Positions 19,520 to 54,928 of a DNA stretch of 64,000 nt are shown here, piece after piece; position 1 is the stretch's first letter; the number at the start of each line of letters is the position of its first letter. A model generated the notes under the pieces. That model had not been told where the DNA came from. It saw only the letters and a program-made list of their open reading frames with translations, and did not search any database. Both the position numbers and the translations under genes were made by a program. The stretch lies in assembly GCF_009914755.1 (NCBI RefSeq), contig NC_060932.1. One strand, written 5' to 3'. Source of the stretch: the human T2T-CHM13v2.0 reference genome, Homo sapiens.

Positions 19520-20220
19520 TGAAACCGCCAAGGCCGCACGCACAACTTTGCTGGGGACACAAGAGAGATCTGGCCAAGACCGGGTGGAGCACGAAGCCTC
19601 CCGACGGTCCCTTGCAGGCACCTCCTTAAGTCAGAAGGCCCTTGCCCAGTTTCTGAGCAGAGGACAGCGAACCGGTGTTGACGGAGAAAGGTCAGCTAAG
19701 CCTTCCAGGTGGTTACTCACAAAACGCGACTGCGCAAATGGCTTGTGGGGAAAGCTCGTGGGCCTTGGGGGCACCGGGAGCGTAGCCTTTTGGCCTACGC
19801 AGCAGCCGCCCGCTCCGCTGCGCCCGGGGAAGGGACAGGGGCCGCGCTGGGCACCCATATGGCGGAGGAACCCGGCACGTAGAGGAGTTGGACCTAAGAC
19901 CGCGATCACTCTCACCTCGCAGAGCCCAGCTACGGGCCCGCAGTCTCCGCCGCCGCCACCACACCGGCATGACTAACGGCTCTTCGCGCTTCTTCCTCCC
20001 TCGCCGGTCGCGCGGGAAAGGAAGAGCGACATCGGAAGACAGCTCTTAGGCACTCCGGTGGCCCCGCCTCTTCCGGTACGCGGCCCCGCCCCTCCGCGGG
20101 TGCGAAGGGGGGCTGAGTGCACCGGCTCTGGGGAGGGGGCGGAGGGGAGATGAGACCCGCACCTTAGCCCTCTTCCCTGGTTGCGCGGTGCGGCGACGCT
20201 GTGTGCCACACAGCAAGTTT
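19520..20220. promoter_or_regulatory. CpG island / SNHG6 promoter with GC boxes and an ETS motif
   Basis: High CpG density; GCCCCGCC at 20061 and 20083; CTTCCGGT (ACCGGAAG on minus) at 20070-20077; GGGGCGG near 20137. Confidence 0.85.
20014..20026 (-). promoter_or_regulatory. 5' terminal oligopyrimidine (TOP/TCT) start site of SNHG6
   Basis: Minus strand CTCTTCCTTTCCC followed by GC-rich sequence, typical of snoRNA host and ribosomal protein genes. Confidence 0.8.
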
Positions 20221-20342
20221 ATGTGGGGGCTTTGTGACTTCCCGCAGGGGCTTTTCAGGCTCAGGAGTAACTCTGCTAGAGCTAGTCAATGTTTAATTTA
20301 CCAGTTTGCAGTGGATGCAAACGAGCAGAATATGCCCTAAAA

Positions 20343-21506
<1,164 letters not shown>

Positions 21507-22422
21507 ATCTCTCCTTTAGACACCGGAAATCTAAGAAACGAATACAAAATCCGGTACAAAATTTCAATTTGTCTCAAGTAACATAGAGTATGAATATCTA
21601 AGCCTAGTAAGCCTAGCAAAACAAATTGTGATTGTACCTCCTTTAACAAAGGATTGCAAAGTATTTTACAGGAGCTTAAAAATCTTTGCTTGGGCCTCCA
21701 AATGGAAGCCGTTTCTCCTGTTAAGTAGTGACATGGACCTCAACCTGCTTCTTGGACTAAGATTCCTGGCTGGATGTTGCTTCCACAACCTAATTTTGCA
21801 ACCTGGGCTGTCACCTCCAGTGTGAAGGGGAAGCTGTGGGAGCCACCATTACTAAAAGGTATAAGTGAGAGTTAGTTTGGACATTAAATCCATAGATGCT
21901 AAGGCAACAATTTAGGCAAGTTCTTGGTGTCACTGAGTGCAGGGCCATATGATAACTGGAGGCAAACATGGACAATTCCCCTGCCATGGTTCCAGAGAGG
22001 ATAGCTCCTGCGTTGCTAACAGCTTTGTGTTGTCTCCTGCAGGCATTCACAGGGCATTCATTGACCTCTACTGGGAAGAAATAGCTGAGCCGGGTGGACA
22101 GATTAGGAAGGGGCCACTGCCTTATTGACTTACTATGTTCTTTCTTCAGAAAGGATATAATTAAATATCTTGACTAAAATTTAGATGTTGCCAAAACTGT
22201 GCAGCCACCCATTTCAGGTTATCATCTTATGTCAGTTACTTTAATTAATAATGTCATTAAATGTATGTTTTCAACTGCAAGTAACAAAATATGCAACTAA
22301 AGTAGCTTCTGGAAAATGAGGAGTATATTATTCTATATTACAAGAAATCCAGAGGTAGACGGCTCTCGGGTTGATTGATTTAGCAGGAAAACACTGTCAG
22401 GGTTGCTGGTTGAATTCTCTGA

Positions 22423-27004
<4,582 letters not shown>

Positions 27005-28683
27005 TTATAATTAATGCCTCTAGGAGTGAAACTTGGGTTTGTGGGGAGAGTGATCTTTTTATTTTTTATTATATCATTCTTTCCTATTTGGATTTTTATT
27101 ATGCATATGTATTGATTTTGTAATTAAATTAAATTGAAAAATACTATTAAAGTAGTACATTTTCTCTGCAGGGTGCAAAAATAGACCATTTCTAAGATTT
27201 GCCCCATCAGTCCATTATTTCTTCATCCTGAGTGGCATTATAAAAAGGGTTCAGCATTTTCCAGCAATGAGTGCCTCCCTGGGGGTCGCTGGTCTCTAAG
27301 TTGCTGAACTGAGCTAATGCTGACAATTGCAAATACAACTAAAACCACTTCAAGGGGAAAGTTTCATGGTTTAAATGTGATATAGTTAGTTTATCAAAAG
27401 TAACTTTTAAAAAATAGCGCTTCTTTGATAATATAATCATGATTACCTTAGGAAGTTTACGTTTTGTAGATAGACATACATGTCGATTCAGGGACATATA
27501 GGGTATTATTTTTTATGGGCTGTCATAATCTATAGTCTGCACTTACATATGTGAATCTCATTAGTAATTTAATACATTTGGCCCTCGGCCCTTTTTCATA
27601 TTAGTGAATGATTTAGAGAGCCTCCCATGTCCCCTAGATGTTTGCAGCAGAAGATGGGGTTGGAACTGGTAGGAAGTTGGCTGTAATAACCACATCCTTG
27701 TGCTTTTCCTTGCTCAATAGTAAGCATGTCAAAATAGAGTTAATCCAAGAGAAATGTAAATGACCCTAGTCATAAATGCATGACTTTTCTATATAAGATT
27801 CTTTTACCTCAAGCAGAATTATTTTTAAACATAATATTGACATTGAGATAATCATAGTATTTATACCTCTCGTCAAGGTTAAAGTTCCAAATCTGTGGAA
27901 AAATACATTAAATTGTCAGAAACTAGGGCACTGATCTAAATGAAAATTGATTCTTAAAACTTGAAATATATGAACTTTACTGAGATAATTTTGGTGAAAA
28001 TTAACTAAATTACTTATACTTATGATTTCTGCCAGGATCCAAAATAATGAGGTAGCCACAGTGGCTTTAATTGTCAATGTGAGACACTAGTGTTTTCCTT
28101 TTCTGTTTAAACATCTAAATTTTACGTTATGAATAAACTTTGCAAATAACTACTTAAATACTACAAATTCTGAATGCAAAGGAATGTTTTAAAATTATTC
28201 AAGCTGGCCAATGAGACCTGATGGGAAGTCTGCTAGGGAACTTGAGGGAAGGTTTTCTTCTGTGATGAAGAGACACATATGGGAAGAAATGCCTCTTCTT
28301 CCCATTAATATTCTCATCTAGACACTGAAAGAACACCTGGCCCTGCTGCAAATGTCTTGTTAAATGAGGGGAGTTTATCTGAGATGGCAAAGTGGAAAAG
28401 AGAAGGAGCCCAGCAACATAAAGACATCTAATAGTCACCAAATTAAATAGAATGAACTAGCCAGGGAGCCACTCCAGCGTAGGCTTCTTGTTACGTAAAA
28501 TAATAATTTTTTTTAACTCTTAAAAAAGTATTCAAGAATGATTACACAGAGAGTCCAGAATGTGGAAGTAATTGAAACATTCAAACTAAGGTTAAATTAT
28601 GTTATTCACACCTCAGCGATAATATAATATAAATTATGTCCTGAAATTAACATCCCATTAAAGCTTTCAACAAATTACTATAA

Positions 28684-34424
<5,741 letters not shown>

Positions 34425-36009
34425 CCATTTGTGCAAGTTTCCACTAAGTTGTTGGTGTTTTGCTTTTTTGAAATCTGAGAACTGATTTTATGTAAAGAGA
34501 TTTACTGCTTTATCATGTGTTGTGATTTTTTTCCTCTGGCTTGTGTTTTGTCTTTTGACCTTGTCTTTTGTTTTGTGAATTTATTTTTATGTAGTCAAAA
34601 TTAGCCATCTTTCCCTTTAAGGCAGCTTGCGGGTTTTTGTGTCACGCTTCACCTTACATGTTTAACTCTTCATCAAATGGAGCTAATGAGCCAGGGAAGA
34701 CACACCTAGCTTGCACTGAGCTGCCTACATGCACTTTCTCAGCTATTATTTCATATCAACTTTGTGAGCTAAGGGGAAGAGGGCAAAAGGCAAGGGAAAT
34801 GTATTGAGAACAAACCCTATACCAAGTGCTTACCACAGTGAGAGACCTGCAGCAAAGGACAGTGTTTTCCAACCAAACTAGGGGTGCAAACTCAAGTGCT
34901 TTAAGCATCCAGGCACTAACGGAGTAGGTAGTCTAGGACAGGAACCAGGCTCTCGGAGCCATACTGTCTGGGCCTGAATCTGGCCTCTGATTAGCTGGAC
35001 AACGCTGGGCAAGTTTCTCAAGACTCTTTCCTAATCCATTTGCAAAGGTCCAGGAAGGTCCTCAGTACCAACACAGTCATTTTGGTGTGTTCTAAACTAT
35101 AAGGTCAAATAAGTTGGAATACTGAGCAATTAGGTGTAAACTGTTGATGCAGATAGTCCATCTCTACTGTATAATTGGGTTAAAATGTCCATACCATGAC
35201 TGGAATGTGAGGAAAATAACGTAGCTTTATGTCCTGTATCCAACCTCATCTTGTTCTAGAATCCTCACTCCTGAAGAGGAAAACTGCCAAACAGATCCCT
35301 TTTGATGTTAGTCTCTGTTCATTAAATATTCAGCCAAGTAAAAGTTGAAGCTCTATCAGTGCTGTTTACACTCAATGGGCTTCCTGCCTGTCCTTCTCCA
35401 TTCATCCCTAGATGGCTTCAGGGAGCAGTTGTGAATCAAAAGGACATGGAGGGAGGGACTGCAGGCTCCCATGCTGTCTGTCCTCTGGGTCTAGACTGCA
35501 CTCTGACATAGTGTGTCTGTCACTACCTGGTCCCTCAGGGTCATGCTGGCATCCACTGCTGAGATCCTGCATCCTGCTTACAATGTCCCCTTTTGGGGGC
35601 CCTGTACTCTGCGGCCTCCTGTGTCCTGGCATCCTGGCCTGAGTACTCTCAGCAGCTTGTGACCTGTGGCAGCCTGCGGTGTGGGGCTGCCCTCAGGACC
35701 CTCCCTCAGCCATTGCTCATCTTGCCTGCCCAGGGTGTGGCTCTGGGCAGAATCTAGGGCTTTGTTGGGCTTTGTCTAGAGAACTGTGGCAAGGTCAGCC
35801 CTTGTCTCCAATTTTTCACTACCCCACACTTCCCTATTTTTCTCAAGATGGACACCAGTGGAGGTTGACACCTCCACTACCTCTCAGTGCCTTGGCCTCC
35901 CTTCCCTGTTAGCACCTTTAGTAAAACTCCATTTATAGACCTCCAATCTTGGCGCTTATACATAGAGGGCAGCTTTTGGAACTTAAAATTCCATTTTCTC
36001 TCTTCATAA

Positions 36010-40910
<4,901 letters not shown>

Positions 40911-40979
40911 CTAAAAAGATTTTCAAAAGTAGCTTCGGTGTTTGTTAAATATCCAAAGAGAGAAACGCAAATTTAACAG

Positions 40980-42531
40980 ACTAATTTTCAAATTAGTACT
41001 TTATTTTTATAATACCTCTTATCATGACCATTCACCATTAAAGCATTAAAAGAGCATGCTCTTTTGAATCTGAGTGAAAATATGCAATTTCTCCTCTGTA
41101 AACATACCAAAACCTATCATCATATCTAGCAATTTAATAAAATGTTATGAAAATCTGTAACAAATACACTTCTTTGGCATTAATACAACTTGTAACTGGA
41201 TGAGAAGAATTAAAAAGTAATACCATCAAAGGCAAAGCTCTACTAACTATTTAACAGGATGACTTAGAAATCTAATTATTCAACACATAGTTTTTTCCCC
41301 AGTTAAATGCTTTAAAAACTAGCCAAACTAATAAATCTTAAGAATTATTAGCAAGAAAATCATTTTTCTGAAATTCTTGCTGTTAAATTTAGTGTTTACA
41401 ATTCAGTTTGAGGTAACTTTGAAGAAGTTTTGATTTCATTCCTTAGGATAAAGATTCTTTTTAGCACTTCTTATGTCAATAACTTATAATAGTGAATGGC
41501 TGAATCCAAATCTCATTTTACTTTTTATTTCTTTCCATGAGTAGGTAAATATGTTTACAAATATTTAAATATGCAAGTACTTTTCTACATATTAATATGT
41601 AGAGAACTATTATATATCTTTCTTGCAAAAAGATATGCTTCTGTCACATTATGAGTATATTCACATTAAAACAATAAAACTGGGCCAGGCACGGTGGCTC
41701 TAGCCTATAATCCCAACACTTTGGTAGGTGAGGCAGGAGGATTTATTGAGCCAGGATTTCAAGAGTAGCCTAGGCAACACAGTGAGACTCCATCTCTACA
41801 AAAAATAAAAGAATTAGCCAGGTGTGGTGACATGCACCTACATTGTGAACTCTGCTGTCCGCTGACACCTGGTCTCCTGTTCACACTGGACTGCAGGGAT
41901 TCCCAGTGCCTTCCACAAGTTGCAAACACTGTAAGATACAGAATAACCCTCTAGGAAGGTGACCAAGCCCTGTCCTCTGAGCAAACCATTTCTAATACTC
42001 CAAACAAGTTTTCTAAGAGGGAAAAGTAACTACTTATTGAATTTATTGCATCTTCATATTACTGCAACAGTTTTCTTCAATTGAAATGGTGTCTTAGATC
42101 AACTTAAGAACAGTATGGTTTTCACAAAAAAGGAATACTCGTATATTATAAACACAGATTTTTATCTTTTTAAACTAGGAAGACTGCACCAATAGATATG
42201 AACTTTTCTGTTTGTAATAGATACACTATAGCAATATCTATATTGCATTCTTTAGCTATATACACAATTGTTTGCTTTCATGTGACTTTTTTCTAATAAT
42301 TTCTCTTGCACTATATAGTAGTGACTCTCACACTGAACAGATAAGCTGTGTGTTTTATATAACACTGATTATTTCATTCCACATTTAGACAGATAAACCT
42401 GAACATCCAACTATGGGTTCACATGTAAACTTTCAGAAATTTTGTTATGTCTCATATAATAAATATAGAATTATGTCATAGTATTTAAAAACAATAGCCA
42501 CCACTTCTACCAGCCCCCACCAGGGGAGAGC
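40980..42531 (-). other. TCF24: TCF24 3'UTR
   Basis: AT-rich sequence downstream of the stop; AATAAA on the minus strand at 41005-41000. Confidence 0.7.
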
Positions 42532-42645
42532 CTAAGGCTGTGAGTCTGTTGGAGTGTTGTCATGATTTGTTTTTTCTCCAGAAACAGAATGCTTCAGAAA
42601 CTGACCAGTAGCACCGATGTACAATCTTGATCGCATGGGCCATTT
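42532..42645 (-). CDS. TCF24: TCF24 last coding exon (37 aa + TAG; full protein 167 aa)
   Basis: Acceptor aatctttttcag|, then KWPMRSRLYIGATGQFLKHSVSGEKTNHDNTPTDSQP*. Joins in phase 0 to give the LHPVK-KWPMRSRLY motif shared by TCF23 and TCF24. Confidence 0.93.
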   Translation of the reverse strand, partial: KWPMRSRLYIGATGQFLKHSVSGEKTNHDNTPTDSQP

Positions 42646-43028
42646 CTGAAAAAGATTATTTCAACAAGAATTCAAAAGTTAGTATCTATGACATATATTA
42701 ACATGGTCTACAATGTTAAAGATTGTAAATAGCCCAATGCAAATGCAATATTATGTAGCTAATAACAATTATAAGTATGAAGTATAAGAAACAACAAGAA
42801 AAAATGTTTATTAATGCTAACAGTAAAAAACAAAAATATACTCAGACTTTGATTAACATTTTAGAAGTAATATGTGTGCTTATGGACAAGAACTGCAAGA
42901 AATCATGAAAAATAAATATAGTTAAAGTGTAGAAAAATATATCTGCCCGTAATGTTTTAATTTTAAACTAAACCTAAAACAAAATTAAGACTAAAACTAG
43001 ATCCTGGGCTTTAAAAATATTTTTAAAA

Positions 43029-43065
43029 GTTCCAATTTTAGTATATGTGCTGCTGAAGTGAGCAC
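43029..43065 (-). pseudogene. U6 snRNA 5' fragment (nt 1-37) retrocopy
   Basis: Minus strand GTGCTCACTTCAGCAGCACATATACTAAAATTGGAAC equals U6 nt 1-37 with two CpG-decay changes; flanked by a near-perfect 16-bp direct repeat. Confidence 0.9.
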
Positions 43066-43111
43066 TATATTTTAAAAAGTTCTATGTGGTATTATGTGTC
43101 TATAGATGTAA

Positions 43112-43300
<189 letters not shown>

Positions 43301-43802
43301 TGAGTAGCTAGGATTATAGGAGCATACCACCAAGCCTGGCTAATTTTTGTATTTTTAGTAGAGACAGGGTATTACCACGCTGTCCACGTCGGTCTTGAAC
43401 TCCTGACCTCAAGTGATCCACCCGCCTCAGCCTCCCAAAGTGCTGGGATTACAGGCGTGAGCTAAATCTTATCTAGCTAAAAAACGATATCTAGAAGTCA
43501 TAAATATTAGAATATTTGGTATGATACTAAGAGAACATCCTGATTAAATGTCTGTATGTATTGACATCATCTAGCTCTTTTTTTTTCTTTTTTTTTTATT
43601 ATACTTTAAGTTTTAGGGTACATGTGCACATTGTGCAGGTTAGTTACATACGTATACATGTGCCATGCTGGTGCGCTGCACCCACTAACTCGTCATCTAG
43701 CATTAGGTATATCTCCCAATGCTATCCCTCCCCCCTCCTCCCACCCCACCACAGTCCCCAGAGTGTGATATTCCCCTTCCTGGGTCCATGTGATCTCATT
43801 GT

Positions 43803-47644
<3,842 letters not shown>

Positions 47645-47680
47645 TTAGTTGATGCAGTTTCTTCCTAGTCTCGATGATCT

Positions 47681-48658
47681 TTACATTTTGACATGATTTT
47701 GCAGCGGCTGGTACCGGTTGTTCCTTTCCATGTTTAGCGCTTCCTTCAGGAGCTCTTTTAGGGCGGGCCTGGTGGTGACAAAATCTCTCAGCATTTGCTT
47801 GTCTGTAAAGTATTTTATTTCTCCTTCACTTATGAAGCTTAGTTTGGCTGGATATGAAATTCTGGGTTGAAAATTCTTTTCTTTAAGAATGTTGAATATT
47901 GGCCCCCACTCTCTTCTGGCTTGTAAGGTTTCTGCCGAGAGATCCGCTGTTAGTCTGATGGGCTTCCCTTTGAGGGTAACCCGACCTTTCTCTCTGGCTG
48001 CCCTTAACATTTTTTCCTTCATTTCAACTTTGGTGAATCTGACAATTATGTGTCTTGGAGTTGCTCTTCTCGAGGAGTATCTTTGTGGCGTTCTCTGTAT
48101 TTCCTGAATCTGAATGTTGGCCTGTCTTGCTAGATTGGGGAAGTTCTCCTGGATAATATCCTGCAGAGTGTTTTCCAACTTGGTTCCATTCTCCCCGTCA
48201 CTTTCAGGTACACCAATCAGACATAGATTTGGTCTTTTCACATAGTCCCATATTTCTTGGAGGCTTTGCTCAGTTCTTTTTATTCTTTTTTCTCTAAACT
48301 TCCCTTCTCGCTTCATTTCATTCATTTCATCTTCCATTGCTGATACCCTTTCTTCCAGTTGATCGCATTGGCTCCTGAGGCTTCTGCATTCTTCACGTAG
48401 TTCTCGAGCCTTGGTTTTCAGCTCCATCAGCTCCTTTAAGCACTTCTCTGTATTGGTTATTCTAGTTATACATTCTTCTAAATTTTTTTCAAAGTTTTCA
48501 ACTTCTTTGCCTTTGGTTTGAATGTCCTCCCATAGCTCGGAATAATTTGATCGTCTGAAGCCTTCTTCTCTCAGCTCGTCAAAGTCATTCTCCATCCAGC
48601 TTTGTTCCGTTGCTGGTGAGGAACTGCGTTCCTTTGGAGGAGGAGAGGTGCTCTGCAT
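47681..48658 (-). CDS. L1 ORF1p, N-terminally shortened (325 aa; the canonical ATG at 48696 is frameshifted)
   Basis: ORF track: coiled coil, RRM and CTD motifs (REKG, ARR, YPAKLS) are intact. There are 5 A instead of 6 after ATGGGG. Confidence 0.8.
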   Translation of the reverse strand: MQSTSPPPKERSSSPATEQSWMENDFDELREEGFRRSNYSELWEDIQTKGKEVENFEKNLEECITRITNTEKCLKELMELKTKARELREECRSLRSQCDQLEERVSAMEDEMNEMKREGKFREKRIKRTEQSLQEIWDYVKRPNLCLIGVPESDGENGTKLENTLQDIIQENFPNLARQANIQIQEIQRTPQRYSSRRATPRHIIVRFTKVEMKEKMLRAAREKGRVTLKGKPIRLTADLSAETLQARREWGPIFNILKEKNFQPRISYPAKLSFISEGEIKYFTDKQMLRDFVTTRPALKELLKEALNMERNNRYQPLQNHVKM

Positions 48659-50393
48659 TTTAGAGTTTCCAGTATTTCTGTTCTGTTTTTCCCCATCTTT
48701 GTGGTTTTATCTACTTTTGGTCTTTGATGATGTGATGTACAGATGGGTTTTTGGTGTGGATGTCCTTTCTGTTTGTTAGTTTTCCTTCTAACAGACAGGA
48801 CCCTCAGCTGCAGGTCTGTTGGAATACCCTGCCGTGTGAGGTGTCAGTGTGCCCCTGCTCGGGGGTGCCTCCCAGTTAGGCTGCTCGGGGGTCAGGGGTC
48901 AGGGACCCACTTGAGGAGGCAGTCTGCCCGTTCTCAGATCTCCAGCTGCGTGCTGGGAGAACCACTGCTCTCTTCAAAGCTGTCAGACAGGGACATTTGA
49001 GTCTGCAGAGGTTACTGCTGTCTTTTTGTTTGTCTGTGCCCTGCCCCCAGAGGTGGAGCCTACAGAGGCAGGCAGGCCTCCTTGAGCTGTGGTGGGCTCC
49101 ACCCAGTTCGAGCTTCCAGGCTGCTTTGTTTACCTAAGCAAGCCTGGGCAATGGCGGGCGCCCCTCCCCCAGCCTCGCTGCCGCCTTGCAGTTTGATCTC
49201 AGACTGCTGTGCTAGCAATCAGTGAGACTCCGTGGGCGTAGGACCCTCCGAGCCAGGTGCGGGATATAATCTCGTGGTGTGCCGTTTTTTAAGCCGGTCC
49301 GAAAAGCGCAATATTCGGGTGGGAGTGACCCAATTTTCCAGGTGCGTCCGTCATCCCTTTCTTTGACTCGGAAAGGGAACTCCCTGACCCCTTGCGCTTC
49401 CCAAGTGAGGCAATGCCTCGCCCTGCCTTGGCTCGCACACGGTGCGCGCACCCACTGACCTGCGCCCACTGTCTGGCACTGCCTAGTGAGATGAACCCGG
49501 TACCTCAGATGGGAATGCAGAAATCACCCGTCTTCTGCGTCGCTCACGCTGGGAGCTGTATACCGGAGCTGTTCCTATTCGGCCATCTTGGCTCCTCCCC
49601 TCGACATCATCTAGCTCTAACCTTTTGGTAATCATCACATTTGAATTACTGATGGTGATTTTTCTAAATTCATCTTTATGGTGGGCAATCTCTCAAACAA
49701 TATAATTTATTGCCAGACAGACATAATGATGAAAAAACATATTACATGAGTAGTTCTTTCAGAATAAAACTCTTTTGGGAGGGAGGCAGGTGTCATATAA
49801 TCAGTTAAGTTCTAAGATCCTTGGAATACTACTTTTGTTTTTTTTTACTACAGAGAGGGACTAAAAAAAAAAAAAATACAACTCCTAAAGGTCAGCAATC
49901 TGGTCCCACACTCTCCAGGGAGCAAGTGCTGCCTTATGTAAGCAGGCTACTTATCTTCATCACGGAACACACACAGGCCAACTGCTAGTTACATAGCACC
50001 ATAAAATGTTTTTAAATGCCTGGTAGATAATCCACAGTGCTCAAATAGAGGTACAATTATTAACATGCCAAAGAACATTAAGAGCTCTGGGTTCACAACC
50101 CAAGTTGCTAATATTAGACTCACCCAGAGAGCTTTAAATAAATACTGATGGCAAAGTCACACCCCAGACCAATTAAGTCAGAATGGACTATTACTTCTGT
50201 TACAGAGTTAATAGAATGTAAGCAGAGTTAGATCTTAGATGGAATAATATAAACTCTCATTGCACTTGTGAGCACAGTTATTTTCACCTAAACTGGGACT
50301 CCAAATGTAAAACATAGCCATAAAGAATAAGTGGGCATGTGATACTATCTGGAAAGTTTTGTTCTGTGGCAACCAACCAAAGTCCTAATTTTT

Positions 50394-53164
<2,771 letters not shown>

Positions 53165-54899
53165 TTAATTAAGTGACTCAAAAGTAACAAAACCCTGTTA
53201 TCTATTTTTTTCAATTATTGTTTACCTATCATAGACAATGATTATTAAATAAGGGGCACAATAATAAAGTCATCTGTGTTTTTCTGCCAATGTAGAGATC
53301 TGAAATACACTCCTGTTTCTTAGCGAATCACTGCCTTTTGGGCAGCTGATGCTGATGGAAATAAATTGCTCATACCCCACAGGGATTAAAAACTGCCATT
53401 TCAGGCTATGCACCAGGTTCCCAGTCTCTTAAACTTCCAGTTTCATTTGAGATGTTTGTTTTCTTTTTTGAGACAGGGTCTTGCTCAGTTGCCCAGGCAT
53501 GCAGTGGTGCAATGTAGCCACAATCTCTTGGGCTCAAGCAGTCCTCTCGCATAAGCCTCCCCAGTAGCTGGGACTACAGGTGCACACACCACAGCCACCT
53601 AATTTTTAAAATTCTTAGTAGAGAGGAAGTCTTGCTATGAAATGCTCTTAAAGTAAATCCCCAACAGTGGTAATGTGCTAACAATACTGATAATAAGGAC
53701 TGATGATTCAAAATAATGGCCTTGAAATATTTGTTAAAAAGCTTTGATCATCAGGGTAAGACCTAACACTATGTTGTAAGGCAGAAAAATGAAGTCATTT
53801 TAGAACACTTTTTACAAACAATAGTTTATAATGAGCCTTTAGTTGACCATAAAAGTATAAATAGTTAGGATATTTTAATTTCTTTCGCATTAATCAAAGG
53901 TAGACAATGTTTAAACATTTTGGTAGTGTCTGTAAAATAATGTGTTAACAGTTAACAGGCGGTTTCAATTATGTACATAACATCTCTTTCCTCTGAACTT
54001 CCGTAGCACATAATTATAGTTCTTTTATGGAAAATATAACATTCTCACTTCCAACACTGTTATTTGTTTCTTTGTCTTTGTCTCAATAATATGTTCATAT
54101 AGGAAAGGGACTGAGTCTTATTAATTGTGTTCACTCCCCTAAAATAGTGCTTTGCACATAGTAGGAATTCAATAAATGTTTGATTTTAAAACATGCTTGA
54201 TTTTAGTCACTTGTTCAAGCAACATTAATTTCATTTAAAAAAATAATCCTTGGCTTTGGATCATTATCTCTAGAGTTGTCTTTTAAAATAAAAACAATCA
54301 ATATTTACAAATAAAAACAGTTATGATTACAAAAACATTTGGTACATGAATCAAGTGCAAAAAGACGCTTGCTATGCTTATTATTACATGGAAATGATGC
54401 TTCCAACATTATTCATTCAAAAAAAGCATTCCAAGAAAATAAGTTGAAAAGCATCCTGACTTCTCATTCTGAATTATATCTCCCATAAAGTATTTAACAG
54501 ATGCTCTTTGTATTACAATCTACTTCACATTAAAATAAACTTCCTTAGAGTATATGGCAAATGTCAAGTCAAAAGAAATTTAATATTAATGGTATATTCG
54601 AATAGCAATCTAATGAACACGGTAATACAAAACCCCTTAATAATGACTTTTCTGCTGAGATTATAAAACTTACAAATGAAATAAAGTCTATCGTAATTAT
54701 AATGATATTTCATGTCTTCATATTTAATATTGAAATCATTTAAGTCTATCATTATGATTATATTTGCAAAGTAAATTTTGTTAAAACTTATCACAGAATT
54801 GTAAGTTCAGTTAATATCAGAGGGTGTGCTTTACCATATTAAATAATTTATTGAACACTGATATACTTAAAGCTAAGTCTTAAGTCTTAACTTTGCATT

Positions 54900-54928
54900 T
54901 GTGTGTGTGTGTGTGTGTGCGCGCGTGT
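54900..54928. repeat. (TG)n(CG)n alternating purine-pyrimidine microsatellite
   Basis: tgtgtgtgtgtgtgtgtgtgcgcgcgtgt. Confidence 0.9.

Noticed and set aside
27268-27295. CTCF-like GC patch gagtgcctccctgggggtcgctgg
   Set aside because: At least four mismatches to CCASYAGRKGGCRS on either strand; cannot be supported without ChIP data.
49151-49225. L1 ORF0 on the plus strand (MAGAPPPASLPPCSLISDCCASNQ)
   Set aside because: A CGA>TGA change stops it after 24 codons, so it is not an intact ORF0.
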